DNA of 64,000 nucleotides from Candidatus Kapaibacterium thiocyanatum (GTDB lineage Bacteria; Bacteroidota; Ignavibacteria; Kapaibacteriales; Kapaibacteriaceae), in the NCBI GenBank assembly GCA_001899175.1, contig MKVH01000014.1, forward strand, positions 8,907 through 72,906, written 5' to 3'. This document shows, piece by piece, positions 17,707 through 26,881 of the stretch (the first letter of the stretch is position 1; each line of letters starts with the position of its first letter). A model generated the notes under the pieces. It made no database searches and was not told the DNA's origin. It saw nothing but the letters and a program-made list of their open reading frames with translations. A program made the position numbers and the translations under genes.

Positions 17707-19164
17707 ATGGGATTCAACCTTACCTTCAAGAAGGACATCAACGAGCTGCAGAGCGATGCGGCTCACAACCATGACCTGAAAAGGACACTGTCGGCGTGGA
17801 ATCTCGTCGCCCTTGGCATCGGCGCCATCATCGGTGCGGGGCTCTTTTCGTTGACGGGGATCGCCGCTGCCGATCATGCCGGTCCCGCCGTATCGATTTC
17901 CTTCGTCATCGCCGCCGTTGGGTGTGCCTTCGCCGGACTGTGCTACGCCGAATTCGCCTCGATGATTCCCGTCGCGGGCAGTGCCTATACGTATTCCTAT
18001 GCGACGCTCGGCGAGCTCTTCGCATGGATCATCGGATGGGACCTTGTCCTCGAGTATGCCGTGGGTGCCGCTACCGTGGCCATATCGTGGAGCGCCTATC
18101 TGGTGAAGTTCCTCGAATACTTCAAGGTCCACTTGCCGCACTGGATGATGGCTTCGCCATGGCAGGTCGTGAAGATGGCCGACGGAACGGAGGTCAGCGG
18201 TATCATCAACATCCCTGCGATGGTGATCGTCTTCGCCGCCTCTTTCCTGCTGATCGTGGGAATCCAGGAGTCGGCGCGGGCCAACGCCATCATCGTCTTC
18301 CTCAAGGTCGCCGTCGTCATCGTCTTCATCGGCCTCGGCTTCATGTACATCAACTACGATAATCTCGATCCGTTCATTCCTGCCAATACGGGTACCTTCG
18401 GTTCCTTCGGATGGAGCGGCATCTTCCGCGGTGCGGCACTGGTCTTCTTCGCCTTCATCGGCTTCGACGCGGTATCGACTGCGGCGCAGGAAGCGAAGAA
18501 TCCACAGAAGGACATGCCCATCGGTATTCTCGGTTCGCTGGCCGTCTGTACGGTCCTCTACGTGCTGTTCTCCTTCGTGATGACGGGCGTGGCGAACTAT
18601 ACGGAGTTCAAGGGTGCAGCGGCTCCCGTGGCCGTGGCCATCGATCACATGAACATCGCCTGGCTGAAGCCGGCCATCAATCTGGCCATCATCGCCGGTT
18701 ATTCGTCGGTGATCCTGGTGATGCTGCTCGGTCAATCTCGTGTCTTCTTCACGATGAGCAAGGATGGCCTGCTGCCCAAGCTCTTCTCCGAAAGCCATCC
18801 CAAGTACAAGACGCCGTGGAAGAGCAACCTGCTCTTCGCCGTTCTCGTCGCCGTTTTCGCAGGTCTGGCGCCGATCACGCTTGTGGGCGAGATGACGTCG
18901 ATCGGTACGCTCTTCGCCTTCGTGATGGTCTGCGCGGGTGTCATCATCCTGCGCAAGTCCGATCCCGATCGCCCGCGTCCGTTCAAGACGCCGCTGGTAC
19001 CCCTGGTGCCGATTCTCGGTATCGTGGCATGTACGGCGCTTATGCTGTCGCTCGACCTCGAGCACTGGGCCCGTCTGATCATCTGGCTCGCCATCGGTCT
19101 CGTCGTCTACTACGGATACAGCGTCAAGAATTCCAAGGTTCGTCAAGCGGCCAGGAAGTCCTGA
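17707..19164 (+). CDS. APC family (cationic-amino-acid-type) permease
   Basis: LKRTL...GIGAIIGAGLF, CYAEFASMIPVAGSAYTY, FFAFIGFDAVSTAAQEAKNP; multiple TM helices. Confidence 0.93.
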   Translation: MGFNLTFKKDINELQSDAAHNHDLKRTLSAWNLVALGIGAIIGAGLFSLTGIAAADHAGPAVSISFVIAAVGCAFAGLCYAEFASMIPVAGSAYTYSYATLGELFAWIIGWDLVLEYAVGAATVAISWSAYLVKFLEYFKVHLPHWMMASPWQVVKMADGTEVSGIINIPAMVIVFAASFLLIVGIQESARANAIIVFLKVAVVIVFIGLGFMYINYDNLDPFIPANTGTFGSFGWSGIFRGAALVFFAFIGFDAVSTAAQEAKNPQKDMPIGILGSLAVCTVLYVLFSFVMTGVANYTEFKGAAAPVAVAIDHMNIAWLKPAINLAIIAGYSSVILVMLLGQSRVFFTMSKDGLLPKLFSESHPKYKTPWKSNLLFAVLVAVFAGLAPITLVGEMTSIGTLFAFVMVCAGVIILRKSDPDRPRPFKTPLVPLVPILGIVACTALMLSLDLEHWARLIIWLAIGLVVYYGYSVKNSKVRQAARKS

Positions 19165-20579
19165 TGTCGTTCCGCCGCTCCCTCGGTCCGCTCGATGCCA
19201 CGATGCTCGTTGCCGGTTCAATGATCGGTTCGGGCATCTTCATCGTCAGCGCAGGTATCGCCGGTATGGTGCAGACGCCAGGTCTGCTGCTGGGTGTATG
19301 GGTGCTCACGGGCTTCCTGACCCTCATCGCCGCGCTCTCCTATGGAGAGCTTGCCGGTATGATGCCCGAGGCCGGTGGACAGTACGTGTACCTGCGAGAG
19401 GCCTTCGGGCCTCTCGCAGGTTTCCTCTACGGATGGACGTTGTTCACGGTGATCCAGACCGGTACGATCGCTGCCGTGGCGATGGCCTTCGCCAAGTTCA
19501 CGGCCGTCCTGATACCGGGCCTGGCCGAGAGCCAAATCCTCTTCCATCTCGGGCCGGTATCCGTGAGTGCGGCACAGATCGTAGCCATTGCATCCATCAT
19601 CGTGCTCACGGCCCTGAATGCCCGCGGTGTGAAGCTGGGCAAGATCGTGCAGAACATCTTCACCTCGACGAAGCTCGTCGCCGTCATCGGCCTGGCCGTC
19701 GTCGGTATCGCCATTGGGGTCGGAAGCGAAGCATGGACGTCCAACATGTCCGCATTCTGGAACGCTCCGGTCCTCGGCGCAGATGGTCCGTCCAGTATCC
19801 TGGCCGTGATCGCGGTAGCGATGGTGGGGACGATCTTCTCCAGCGACGCATGGAACAACATCACCTTCGTGGCCTCCGAAGTACAGAACCCTAAGCGCAC
19901 GATACCGCTGTCGCTGTTCTGGGGCGTGCTGATCGTGACGGGGCTCTATCTGCTCGTGAACGTCGCCTATCTGAGTCTGCTGCCCATTCTCGGCTCGCCC
20001 GAGGGCGCTGACGTGATGTCGCGCGGAATCCAGTACGCCGTCAACGACCGCGTGGGAACGGCTGCTGCCGAAGTCATGTTCGGAACGAACGGCGCCTTCA
20101 TCATGGCCATCCTGATCATGGTGTCGACGTTCGGCTGCAACAACGGTCTGATCCTGTCCGGCGCCCGGGCATACTATGCGATGGCCGTGGATGGCCTGTT
20201 CTTCGCGAAGGCCCGTACCCTGAACGGGAACGACGTACCTGCGACAGCTCTGTGGATCCAGTGCCTGTGGGCGGGTGTCCTGTGCCTGAGCGGTCAGTAC
20301 GGCAATCTGCTCGACTACGTCGTGATGGCCGTCCTCCTGTTCTACATCCTGACCATCGTCAGCATCTTCCGTTTGCGGCGCCTTCGCCCGGATGCCGAAC
20401 GTCCGTACAAGGCCATCGGCTATCCCGTCCTGCCGGCACTCTACGTCGTCCTGGCGTCGGCCATCTGCGTATGTCTGCTGATCTACAAACCGGGGTATAC
20501 GTGGCCCGGTGTCGGTCTCGTGGCCCTGGGTCTACCCGTCTACTTCATCTGGACGAAGGGGAAGGGGCGGACGGCGTGA
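19164..20579 (+). CDS. APC family amino acid permease (LAT-like)
   Basis: True start MSFRRSLG at 19164 (TGATG coupling), inside the listed 18411 ORF. GSMIGSGIF, SYGELAGMMPEAGGQYVYL, SSDAWNNITF. Confidence 0.92.
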   Translation: MSFRRSLGPLDATMLVAGSMIGSGIFIVSAGIAGMVQTPGLLLGVWVLTGFLTLIAALSYGELAGMMPEAGGQYVYLREAFGPLAGFLYGWTLFTVIQTGTIAAVAMAFAKFTAVLIPGLAESQILFHLGPVSVSAAQIVAIASIIVLTALNARGVKLGKIVQNIFTSTKLVAVIGLAVVGIAIGVGSEAWTSNMSAFWNAPVLGADGPSSILAVIAVAMVGTIFSSDAWNNITFVASEVQNPKRTIPLSLFWGVLIVTGLYLLVNVAYLSLLPILGSPEGADVMSRGIQYAVNDRVGTAAAEVMFGTNGAFIMAILIMVSTFGCNNGLILSGARAYYAMAVDGLFFAKARTLNGNDVPATALWIQCLWAGVLCLSGQYGNLLDYVVMAVLLFYILTIVSIFRLRRLRPDAERPYKAIGYPVLPALYVVLASAICVCLLIYKPGYTWPGVGLVALGLPVYFIWTKGKGRTA

Positions 20580-20663
20580 CAGGCCAGCGGCCCTGAAGGT
20601 TCTTCGTATCTTCGCCGTCTCCCGCTGTAACGTTCCCGTCGAACCAGCGATTCTTGCATCGTC

Positions 20664-23600
20664 ATGACCCAACGGATGCTTATGAACGCTTCCATCCGCG
20701 TTCTTCTCGTTCTCGTATGGTCGCTCTTCGCCATACGTGCCGCGGCACAATATCCCGCACAATGCGATACCCGCAAGGAATGCGTCGGTAATGCCGTGTC
20801 GTTGACGGTGTCGTCTGGCCGTACAGCGCACTTCATCGAGATATCCGGATATCCTACGCAACCCCGCCAGCAGGCGCTGACGGTGGAAATGTGGATCAAC
20901 CTCGAGCGTCAGGCAGGTAAACGACAATTCCTGGGTGGATTGTGGGGGCCGAACAAGGATTACAACGATCAGTGGGTCTTCTATATCGACGAGGCCGACA
21001 GACTGACCTTCGAAGTCAATGCCGACGCCACGACGCTCGATCAGGCGGATAACACGATCGCCAGAGCGTCGGCCTCGGGACTGTACGGACGTTGGGCCCA
21101 CGTAGCGGCGGTATTCGATGGCGGTGCAGCCACGGCAACGCTCTACATCGACGGTGCAGTCGCAGCCGGCCCGACCTCGAACCCGCAGTATCCCGCGACG
21201 TATCTCAAACCCCTCGAACGTCAGGACCTGACGACGCATATCGGCAGTTGCAACGGTCTGGCCGATAACGAAAACCTGAACAGGACGATGAAGGGGCTGG
21301 TGGACGAGATCCGCATCTGGAACCGTGCCCTCGCAGCGAGCGAGGTGCTGTGTCAGAAGGACCGCTCCCTCAACGGCAACGAGGCCGGGCTTCAGGTCTA
21401 CTACCGCTGCAACGAACCGGTGGATAACATCCTTCAGCTCTGCGATGCCACGGGGAAACAGCACGTCGGACTCCTGCGTTCCGGCGCGAAGAACGAACGG
21501 TCGAACCGAACGCCTCCACGTACCGTGACGGTAAGTCCGTCGACCATCACCGAAGATATCAATTGCGATTCCACGCGGACGTGGACCTTCACCGTCACCG
21601 ATACGTCCATCTGCGGTAGTTCGGCCACGGCCGTCGTGGCAGGGCCCGAATCGGCGCTGTTCACCGTCACGCCACGCAACATCCAGCTACTGCCCGGTCA
21701 GCCCGTCGTCGTGACCGTCGTCTATACGGGCACGAACGTCGGATACTTCGAGAACAACTTCGAGATACGTCCCGGAAACCGTTGCGGACAGGTGATGCGC
21801 GTAGCGATGAAGCTGACCCGCAACACCGAAATAAGCGTCTCGCGAAGCAGTATCGTGTTCGACACGTTGTTCGTCGGTTGCAAGGAAACGACGTCGATCG
21901 ACTCCTCGATCACGATCTGCAATACGTCGGACAAGGTCGGTCAGCCCCGTACGATCACTCTCACGAACGTCCTGAACAACGAGCCGCTGGGGTATCGCAT
22001 CATCAATGCGACGTTCCCGATGCAGCTCGCACCCGGGCAGTGCACGACGCTCGTCGTCCGTTCCTTCGTGCGCGACACGACGAACGACTACCTCGATACC
22101 CTGCAGATCTTCTCCGACGACAGATGTCAACGGACACCTGCGCGTATCGCGCTGAGCGGCAGGACGCAGGAGGTGATCTCGATCCGCAGCACCGACGGTT
22201 CGAAGCGCATCGATACCATGCGGTTTTCCCCGACGTGTCCGGATCTCGCCAGCAGCCCTCAATACTATACGTGGCAGAACCTGACGCTCGGTACGCTGAC
22301 GATCGACACGATCATCGTTCCGCAGGACTTCACGCATTACAGGATCAGATTCCCGTTCCCGCTGATGCCGGCTACGGGGTATGACCCGATCGCCATCAGA
22401 TTCCGTCCGCGCTCGCCCGGTATCAAGTTCGACAGCGTCATCATCCGTACCAGGATACAGGGCTGTACCATCGAGCGGGTCATCTACGTGACGGGCCGCG
22501 GGCTCGACAACAAGGTCTCGTGGCAGGTCAACGGCGTCGTCGATGCAGGATCCGTCATCGTCGGACAACAGACGACCGTCAACGTCGTCGCGAAGAATAC
22601 GAGTCAGTTCGATACGCTGAACGTCTCGCTCTACGTCGAACGGGGCGAAGCCTTCACGCTCCTGGCAGGAACCGGACGCCGTATTCCGCCTGGAGATTCC
22701 GTGACCATTCCGGTCACTTTCCGACCGACCGACTCGCTCGAGTATCTCGATCGCCTGTGCCTGTTCGAAACGCGATGCTATACCGTCGACTGCATCGACC
22801 TCAGGGGCAAGGGCATTCTCCGTACCTACCGGTTCTCTCCCATCGTCATGGAAACGGAGAACGTGGTGGCCTGCGATTCGCGCGACGATACCGTCCATGT
22901 CGTCAACATCACGAATCAGGCACAGACGATGACCGACGTGGTCTTCGCCGATCAGAGCGGGGGGCGAATCACGGTGATCAGCCCACCATTGCCATGGACG
23001 ACGTACACGATCGCCGCTGGAGATTCATTGCCGTTCATCTTCCGGTATACGCCGAACGACGTTACGCAGGATCGGGCGGACCGTGCCTACATCCGGTACA
23101 AGAGCGTCGGCGCAGACTGGCAGGTACAGTTGATCGCTACGTCGGCGACACCGAAGCTGTTCGTGACCCAGTTCACGGCATTCGGTACGGTAGAGGTAGG
23201 GGATCGCCGGCAACTCACGCTGATCGTGGAGAACACATCCGCACTCAAGGTGAAGGTCGACAGCCTGACCCTCGGTCCCGGCTTCACGATCGTCAGTACG
23301 AGCAGGCCCGTTCCAGTCGAGCTCGATCCGCGCGATTCCATCGCCGTCGTGGTCGAATTCGCACCGACGGCAGCACAGAACTACAACACCGATCTCACGG
23401 CGCATTCGACTACGCCATGTACGATCGAGGGTGCGGGCAACCTGCAGGGGCGAGGCGTCATCCTCGAACTCGAGAACGCCATCAGTCTCATCAACTTCGG
23501 ATACGTACGGCCATGCGAGTGTTCGGAGCGCATCATGCCGCTACTGAACGCATCGCTCGTCCATCCGATGATCGTCGACTCGCTATGGATCGACAACGGA

Positions 23601-25715
23601 GGGACGGCGTCCTTTACACCTCAGTTCTATGCATGGCGCTCGAAGTTCTCGCCGAACGGAACCTTCCCGTACGAGATTCCGCCCAATACGAGGGACACGG
23701 TCTATCTTACGTTCTGTCCACGGTCACCGGCCGTCGATACGGCCACGACATGCCAGGCCATCGCTCATGTCGCCGCACATGGTCCGGGCTGGTCCAGGAC
23801 GACGGAGACCTTCCTCGCAGGGAAACGCTCACTGACCTTCGCACCCGTGCCGACGCTCGTCCAGTTCGCACCTGGTCCTGTCGACGTCCTGAGCACGACG
23901 CCGTTGACGGTTACGGTAGGCATTCCGGACTTCACCGTCAACCCGACACAGGATACGGTGGTGATCGATTCGATAACGTTCGTTCCCGATGACCGCGTCT
24001 TCTTCATCACGAGTCCCGCCGCAGGGGCGATGCCGGTGACAATACGACCCGGGGAGAACCTCCAGATCGACGTCCGTCAACGTCCTCGTGCGCCGCGACT
24101 GTACGAAGCCCGCATGGTGTTGCACTACAGCAAGCCATGCAAGGGAACTGATACGACGGTCCTGGTGCGCGGCAGCGGCTATGCACAGACGAAGGGCCTT
24201 GCCTTCACGTTCGATCCACGACGTGTCGAGCCCGATACTTTCAATATGTATTCCTGCGATACGCTCGTCGTACCGGTCTATTCGTCGATCGTCATCGATG
24301 CCAGTGTGGTCGACATTTCGTTGCGCGTCGACTTCGATACGACGCAACTACGACTCGTCGACTTCCAGTCGCCGGTACTCGCACGGTCGTGTACGTCGAT
24401 TTCCGGCGGGATCGCCTATACGCCGACCCTCACGCATGTACCATCACCCTTCGGCGGAAGAGCGGTGACGTGCAAGAACTTCTGTGGCGTCGACTCTCTC
24501 ACGCCGTTCCTCTATGCGCGATTCGTGACGCTGAACAACAATGCTGCGAACAGTCCTATCACGGTGGACAGCGTCAATTTCGATACCGAGGACGTGATCC
24601 TGTATCGCCTCATCGCGACGGGCGACAGGGGGACGATCATCGCACGGCGCTCGGAGATCGAAACGCGGCTTGCCGTTGCATTCGACAGCGTGCGTATTCT
24701 CGACTGCGTGGATCGCCAACTGATCGTCCATAACGTCGGCGACGTCACGAATACGGTCGACGCACTGCTCGACCTTCCTGCCGGTGTCACCGTCGTGGGC
24801 AGCGTGCCCGCACTCGGCGACAGCGTCCTGCCGGGCGACAGTGCGGTTCTTACGCTGAGGTTCTGTCCGCGTGAGGAGCGCCCGATCGATACGAACGTCA
24901 TCGCCGTCAGCGCCTATCCGTGCGAGACACGCGATACGACGATGGTCGGTGGGTATGGCTATGCCCCCGAGTTCGACCTGTCGTTCGCAGCGATGACAAC
25001 GTTCTGGATACCGGACAGCCTTGGAGGTGCGATCGGCGATACGATCCATATCCCGGTCATGGTCGAGAAGGACATCAGCGCCACCTATCAGGGAACGACG
25101 TACTGGCTCAATGGCCTGAACTTCGGCATCGACCTGAGCTATAATGGACGAGCGCTGAAGTATCTCGATGCGGACTCGTTCGCGGAGCCGAATACGACCG
25201 TTACGTCGCCGATGCCCGGAGCTATCCTCATCGATGTCCGTTCCGCCGATACGGTGCGTGCAGGCCAACTGCTGCGATTGCGCTTCCTCGTCACCGTTCC
25301 CGATTCGATACGGTCGACGATGGCTGCGGTCGGTACGGGCTTCGTCTCGGATTCTCTGCAATTCCTCGACGTGGTACCGAAGACGATGATCACGCCGTTC
25401 GTGACGACCGGTTCGTGCAACATCACGGTACTGGAGTACACGACGGTCGGTGCCCCGGCCATGCGTATCGTGCCCAATCCTGCCGTATCGGAGGCGACGC
25501 TTCAGTTCCGCATGCAGGAAACGGTTCCTGTCACGGCCGTGATCTACAATGCGAGCGGACAACCCGTACGAGAACTGATGGATGGGTCGATGACGTTGCG
25601 TGGCGGAGAATATGCCGTGGCATTCACGACATCCGATCTCCCGTCTGGCGTCTATCAGATACGTCTGAGCGCAGGCATCTTCACGAAGACCGTTCCACTC
25701 GTCGTCGTCAAATGA
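20664..25715 (+). CDS. Secreted LamG (concanavalin-like) + multiple ASH/choice-of-anchor-D Ig domains + cohesin-like domain + T9SS-like CTD
   Basis: Signal peptide; LTVEMWI...WAHVAAVFDG..LYIDG...GLVDEIRIWNRAL (LamG); repeats of FGTVEVG...N..L.V....L.PG.S..V.F.P; C-terminal IVPNPA...IYNASGQ...LPSGVYQIRL. Confidence 0.85.
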   Translation: MTQRMLMNASIRVLLVLVWSLFAIRAAAQYPAQCDTRKECVGNAVSLTVSSGRTAHFIEISGYPTQPRQQALTVEMWINLERQAGKRQFLGGLWGPNKDYNDQWVFYIDEADRLTFEVNADATTLDQADNTIARASASGLYGRWAHVAAVFDGGAATATLYIDGAVAAGPTSNPQYPATYLKPLERQDLTTHIGSCNGLADNENLNRTMKGLVDEIRIWNRALAASEVLCQKDRSLNGNEAGLQVYYRCNEPVDNILQLCDATGKQHVGLLRSGAKNERSNRTPPRTVTVSPSTITEDINCDSTRTWTFTVTDTSICGSSATAVVAGPESALFTVTPRNIQLLPGQPVVVTVVYTGTNVGYFENNFEIRPGNRCGQVMRVAMKLTRNTEISVSRSSIVFDTLFVGCKETTSIDSSITICNTSDKVGQPRTITLTNVLNNEPLGYRIINATFPMQLAPGQCTTLVVRSFVRDTTNDYLDTLQIFSDDRCQRTPARIALSGRTQEVISIRSTDGSKRIDTMRFSPTCPDLASSPQYYTWQNLTLGTLTIDTIIVPQDFTHYRIRFPFPLMPATGYDPIAIRFRPRSPGIKFDSVIIRTRIQGCTIERVIYVTGRGLDNKVSWQVNGVVDAGSVIVGQQTTVNVVAKNTSQFDTLNVSLYVERGEAFTLLAGTGRRIPPGDSVTIPVTFRPTDSLEYLDRLCLFETRCYTVDCIDLRGKGILRTYRFSPIVMETENVVACDSRDDTVHVVNITNQAQTMTDVVFADQSGGRITVISPPLPWTTYTIAAGDSLPFIFRYTPNDVTQDRADRAYIRYKSVGADWQVQLIATSATPKLFVTQFTAFGTVEVGDRRQLTLIVENTSALKVKVDSLTLGPGFTIVSTSRPVPVELDPRDSIAVVVEFAPTAAQNYNTDLTAHSTTPCTIEGAGNLQGRGVILELENAISLINFGYVRPCECSERIMPLLNASLVHPMIVDSLWIDNGGTASFTPQFYAWRSKFSPNGTFPYEIPPNTRDTVYLTFCPRSPAVDTATTCQAIAHVAAHGPGWSRTTETFLAGKRSLTFAPVPTLVQFAPGPVDVLSTTPLTVTVGIPDFTVNPTQDTVVIDSITFVPDDRVFFITSPAAGAMPVTIRPGENLQIDVRQRPRAPRLYEARMVLHYSKPCKGTDTTVLVRGSGYAQTKGLAFTFDPRRVEPDTFNMYSCDTLVVPVYSSIVIDASVVDISLRVDFDTTQLRLVDFQSPVLARSCTSISGGIAYTPTLTHVPSPFGGRAVTCKNFCGVDSLTPFLYARFVTLNNNAANSPITVDSVNFDTEDVILYRLIATGDRGTIIARRSEIETRLAVAFDSVRILDCVDRQLIVHNVGDVTNTVDALLDLPAGVTVVGSVPALGDSVLPGDSAVLTLRFCPREERPIDTNVIAVSAYPCETRDTTMVGGYGYAPEFDLSFAAMTTFWIPDSLGGAIGDTIHIPVMVEKDISATYQGTTYWLNGLNFGIDLSYNGRALKYLDADSFAEPNTTVTSPMPGAILIDVRSADTVRAGQLLRLRFLVTVPDSIRSTMAAVGTGFVSDSLQFLDVVPKTMITPFVTTGSCNITVLEYTTVGAPAMRIVPNPAVSEATLQFRMQETVPVTAVIYNASGQPVRELMDGSMTLRGGEYAVAFTTSDLPSGVYQIRLSAGIFTKTVPLVVVK

Positions 25716-26881
25716 TGGATGTCGTCGTGCTCGGCGCTGGCGCCGCCGGATTGTTCTGCGCCGCAGTGGCCGCTTCCAGGGGCAAGCGCGTTCTGGTTCT
25801 GGAACACAACGATCGTCCAGGAAAGAAGATCCGCATCAGTGGTGGTGGTCGTTGCAATTTCACGAACGTCGGCACGACCCATCGGAACTTCATCTCCGAC
25901 AATCCCGATTTCGCACGCTCGGCACTCACGCGATATACGCCACAGGACTTTCTCGATCTCGTCGAGCGTCATGGCATCGCATGGCATGAGAAGAAACTCG
26001 GGCAACTGTTCTGCGACGAGTCGTCGCAACGGATTATCGACATGCTCGTGGATGAATGCCGACGCAGCGACGTCGAGCTCCGTATGCGTGTCCGGGTCAA
26101 GGGTGTGAGGCGCGCCGACGACTTCATCATCGAAACGGACGGTGGTGATATCCACGCTTCGCACGTCGTCGTCGCGACCGGAGGACTGTCCATTCCCTCG
26201 CTTGGCGCGTCCGATCTAGGCTATCGCATCGCGCGGCATTTCGGTATCGCCCTGGTGACTCCGGGTCCGGCCCTCGTTCCGCTGACGTTCGACGATGCCT
26301 ATGCCGCACGATTCGGATCGTTGAGCGGCATCAGCATCGATGCCGTGGCCAATGCCGGGAACGTGCCATTCAGGGAGAACATTCTCTTCACGCACCGTGG
26401 ACTCAGCGGGCCTGCCATCCTGCAGGCATCGTCATACTGGAAGCCCGGTGAGGGATTGTCCATCGATCTTCTTCCGGATCATGGATGGAACGATCTCATA
26501 CCCGATCAACTGCGTGAGCTCCGGACACTCGGTACCGTACTCTCGACCGTCCTGCCCAGGCGATTCGTCCAGCAGTGGAACGACGAGCGATATGGGATGC
26601 ATGTGAATCGGACGCAACGTCGCGTTCTCGAAGCTGCCGTCCAGGACCTGAAGACATGGTCGGTGATTCCGAATGGTACGGAGGGATATGCGAAGGCCGA
26701 AGTCACGCGTGGTGGTATCGATACGCGTGCGCTGTCGTCGAAGACGATGGAGGTACGGTCCGTGCAGGGGCTCTACATGATCGGTGAAGTCGTCGACGTC
26801 ACCGGGTGGCTTGGGGGATACAACTTCCAGTGGGCCTGGGCATCGGCATCGGCCGCGGGATCAGCGATCGCGGAGGCCTGA
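25712..26881 (+). CDS. HI0933/BaiN/YhiN family flavoprotein
   Basis: Start overlaps the upstream stop. GAGAAGL, GKKIRISGGGRCNFTN, LFTHRGLSGPAIL, AEVTRGGI, GEVVDVTGWLGGYNFQWAW. Confidence 0.93.
   Translation: MMDVVVLGAGAAGLFCAAVAASRGKRVLVLEHNDRPGKKIRISGGGRCNFTNVGTTHRNFISDNPDFARSALTRYTPQDFLDLVERHGIAWHEKKLGQLFCDESSQRIIDMLVDECRRSDVELRMRVRVKGVRRADDFIIETDGGDIHASHVVVATGGLSIPSLGASDLGYRIARHFGIALVTPGPALVPLTFDDAYAARFGSLSGISIDAVANAGNVPFRENILFTHRGLSGPAILQASSYWKPGEGLSIDLLPDHGWNDLIPDQLRELRTLGTVLSTVLPRRFVQQWNDERYGMHVNRTQRRVLEAAVQDLKTWSVIPNGTEGYAKAEVTRGGIDTRALSSKTMEVRSVQGLYMIGEVVDVTGWLGGYNFQWAWASASAAGSAIAEA

Noticed and set aside
18411-19163. N-terminal extension of the listed 722-aa ORF, suggesting a fused permease
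   Set aside because: It overlaps the first permease in another frame; the real start is at 19164 with TGATG coupling.
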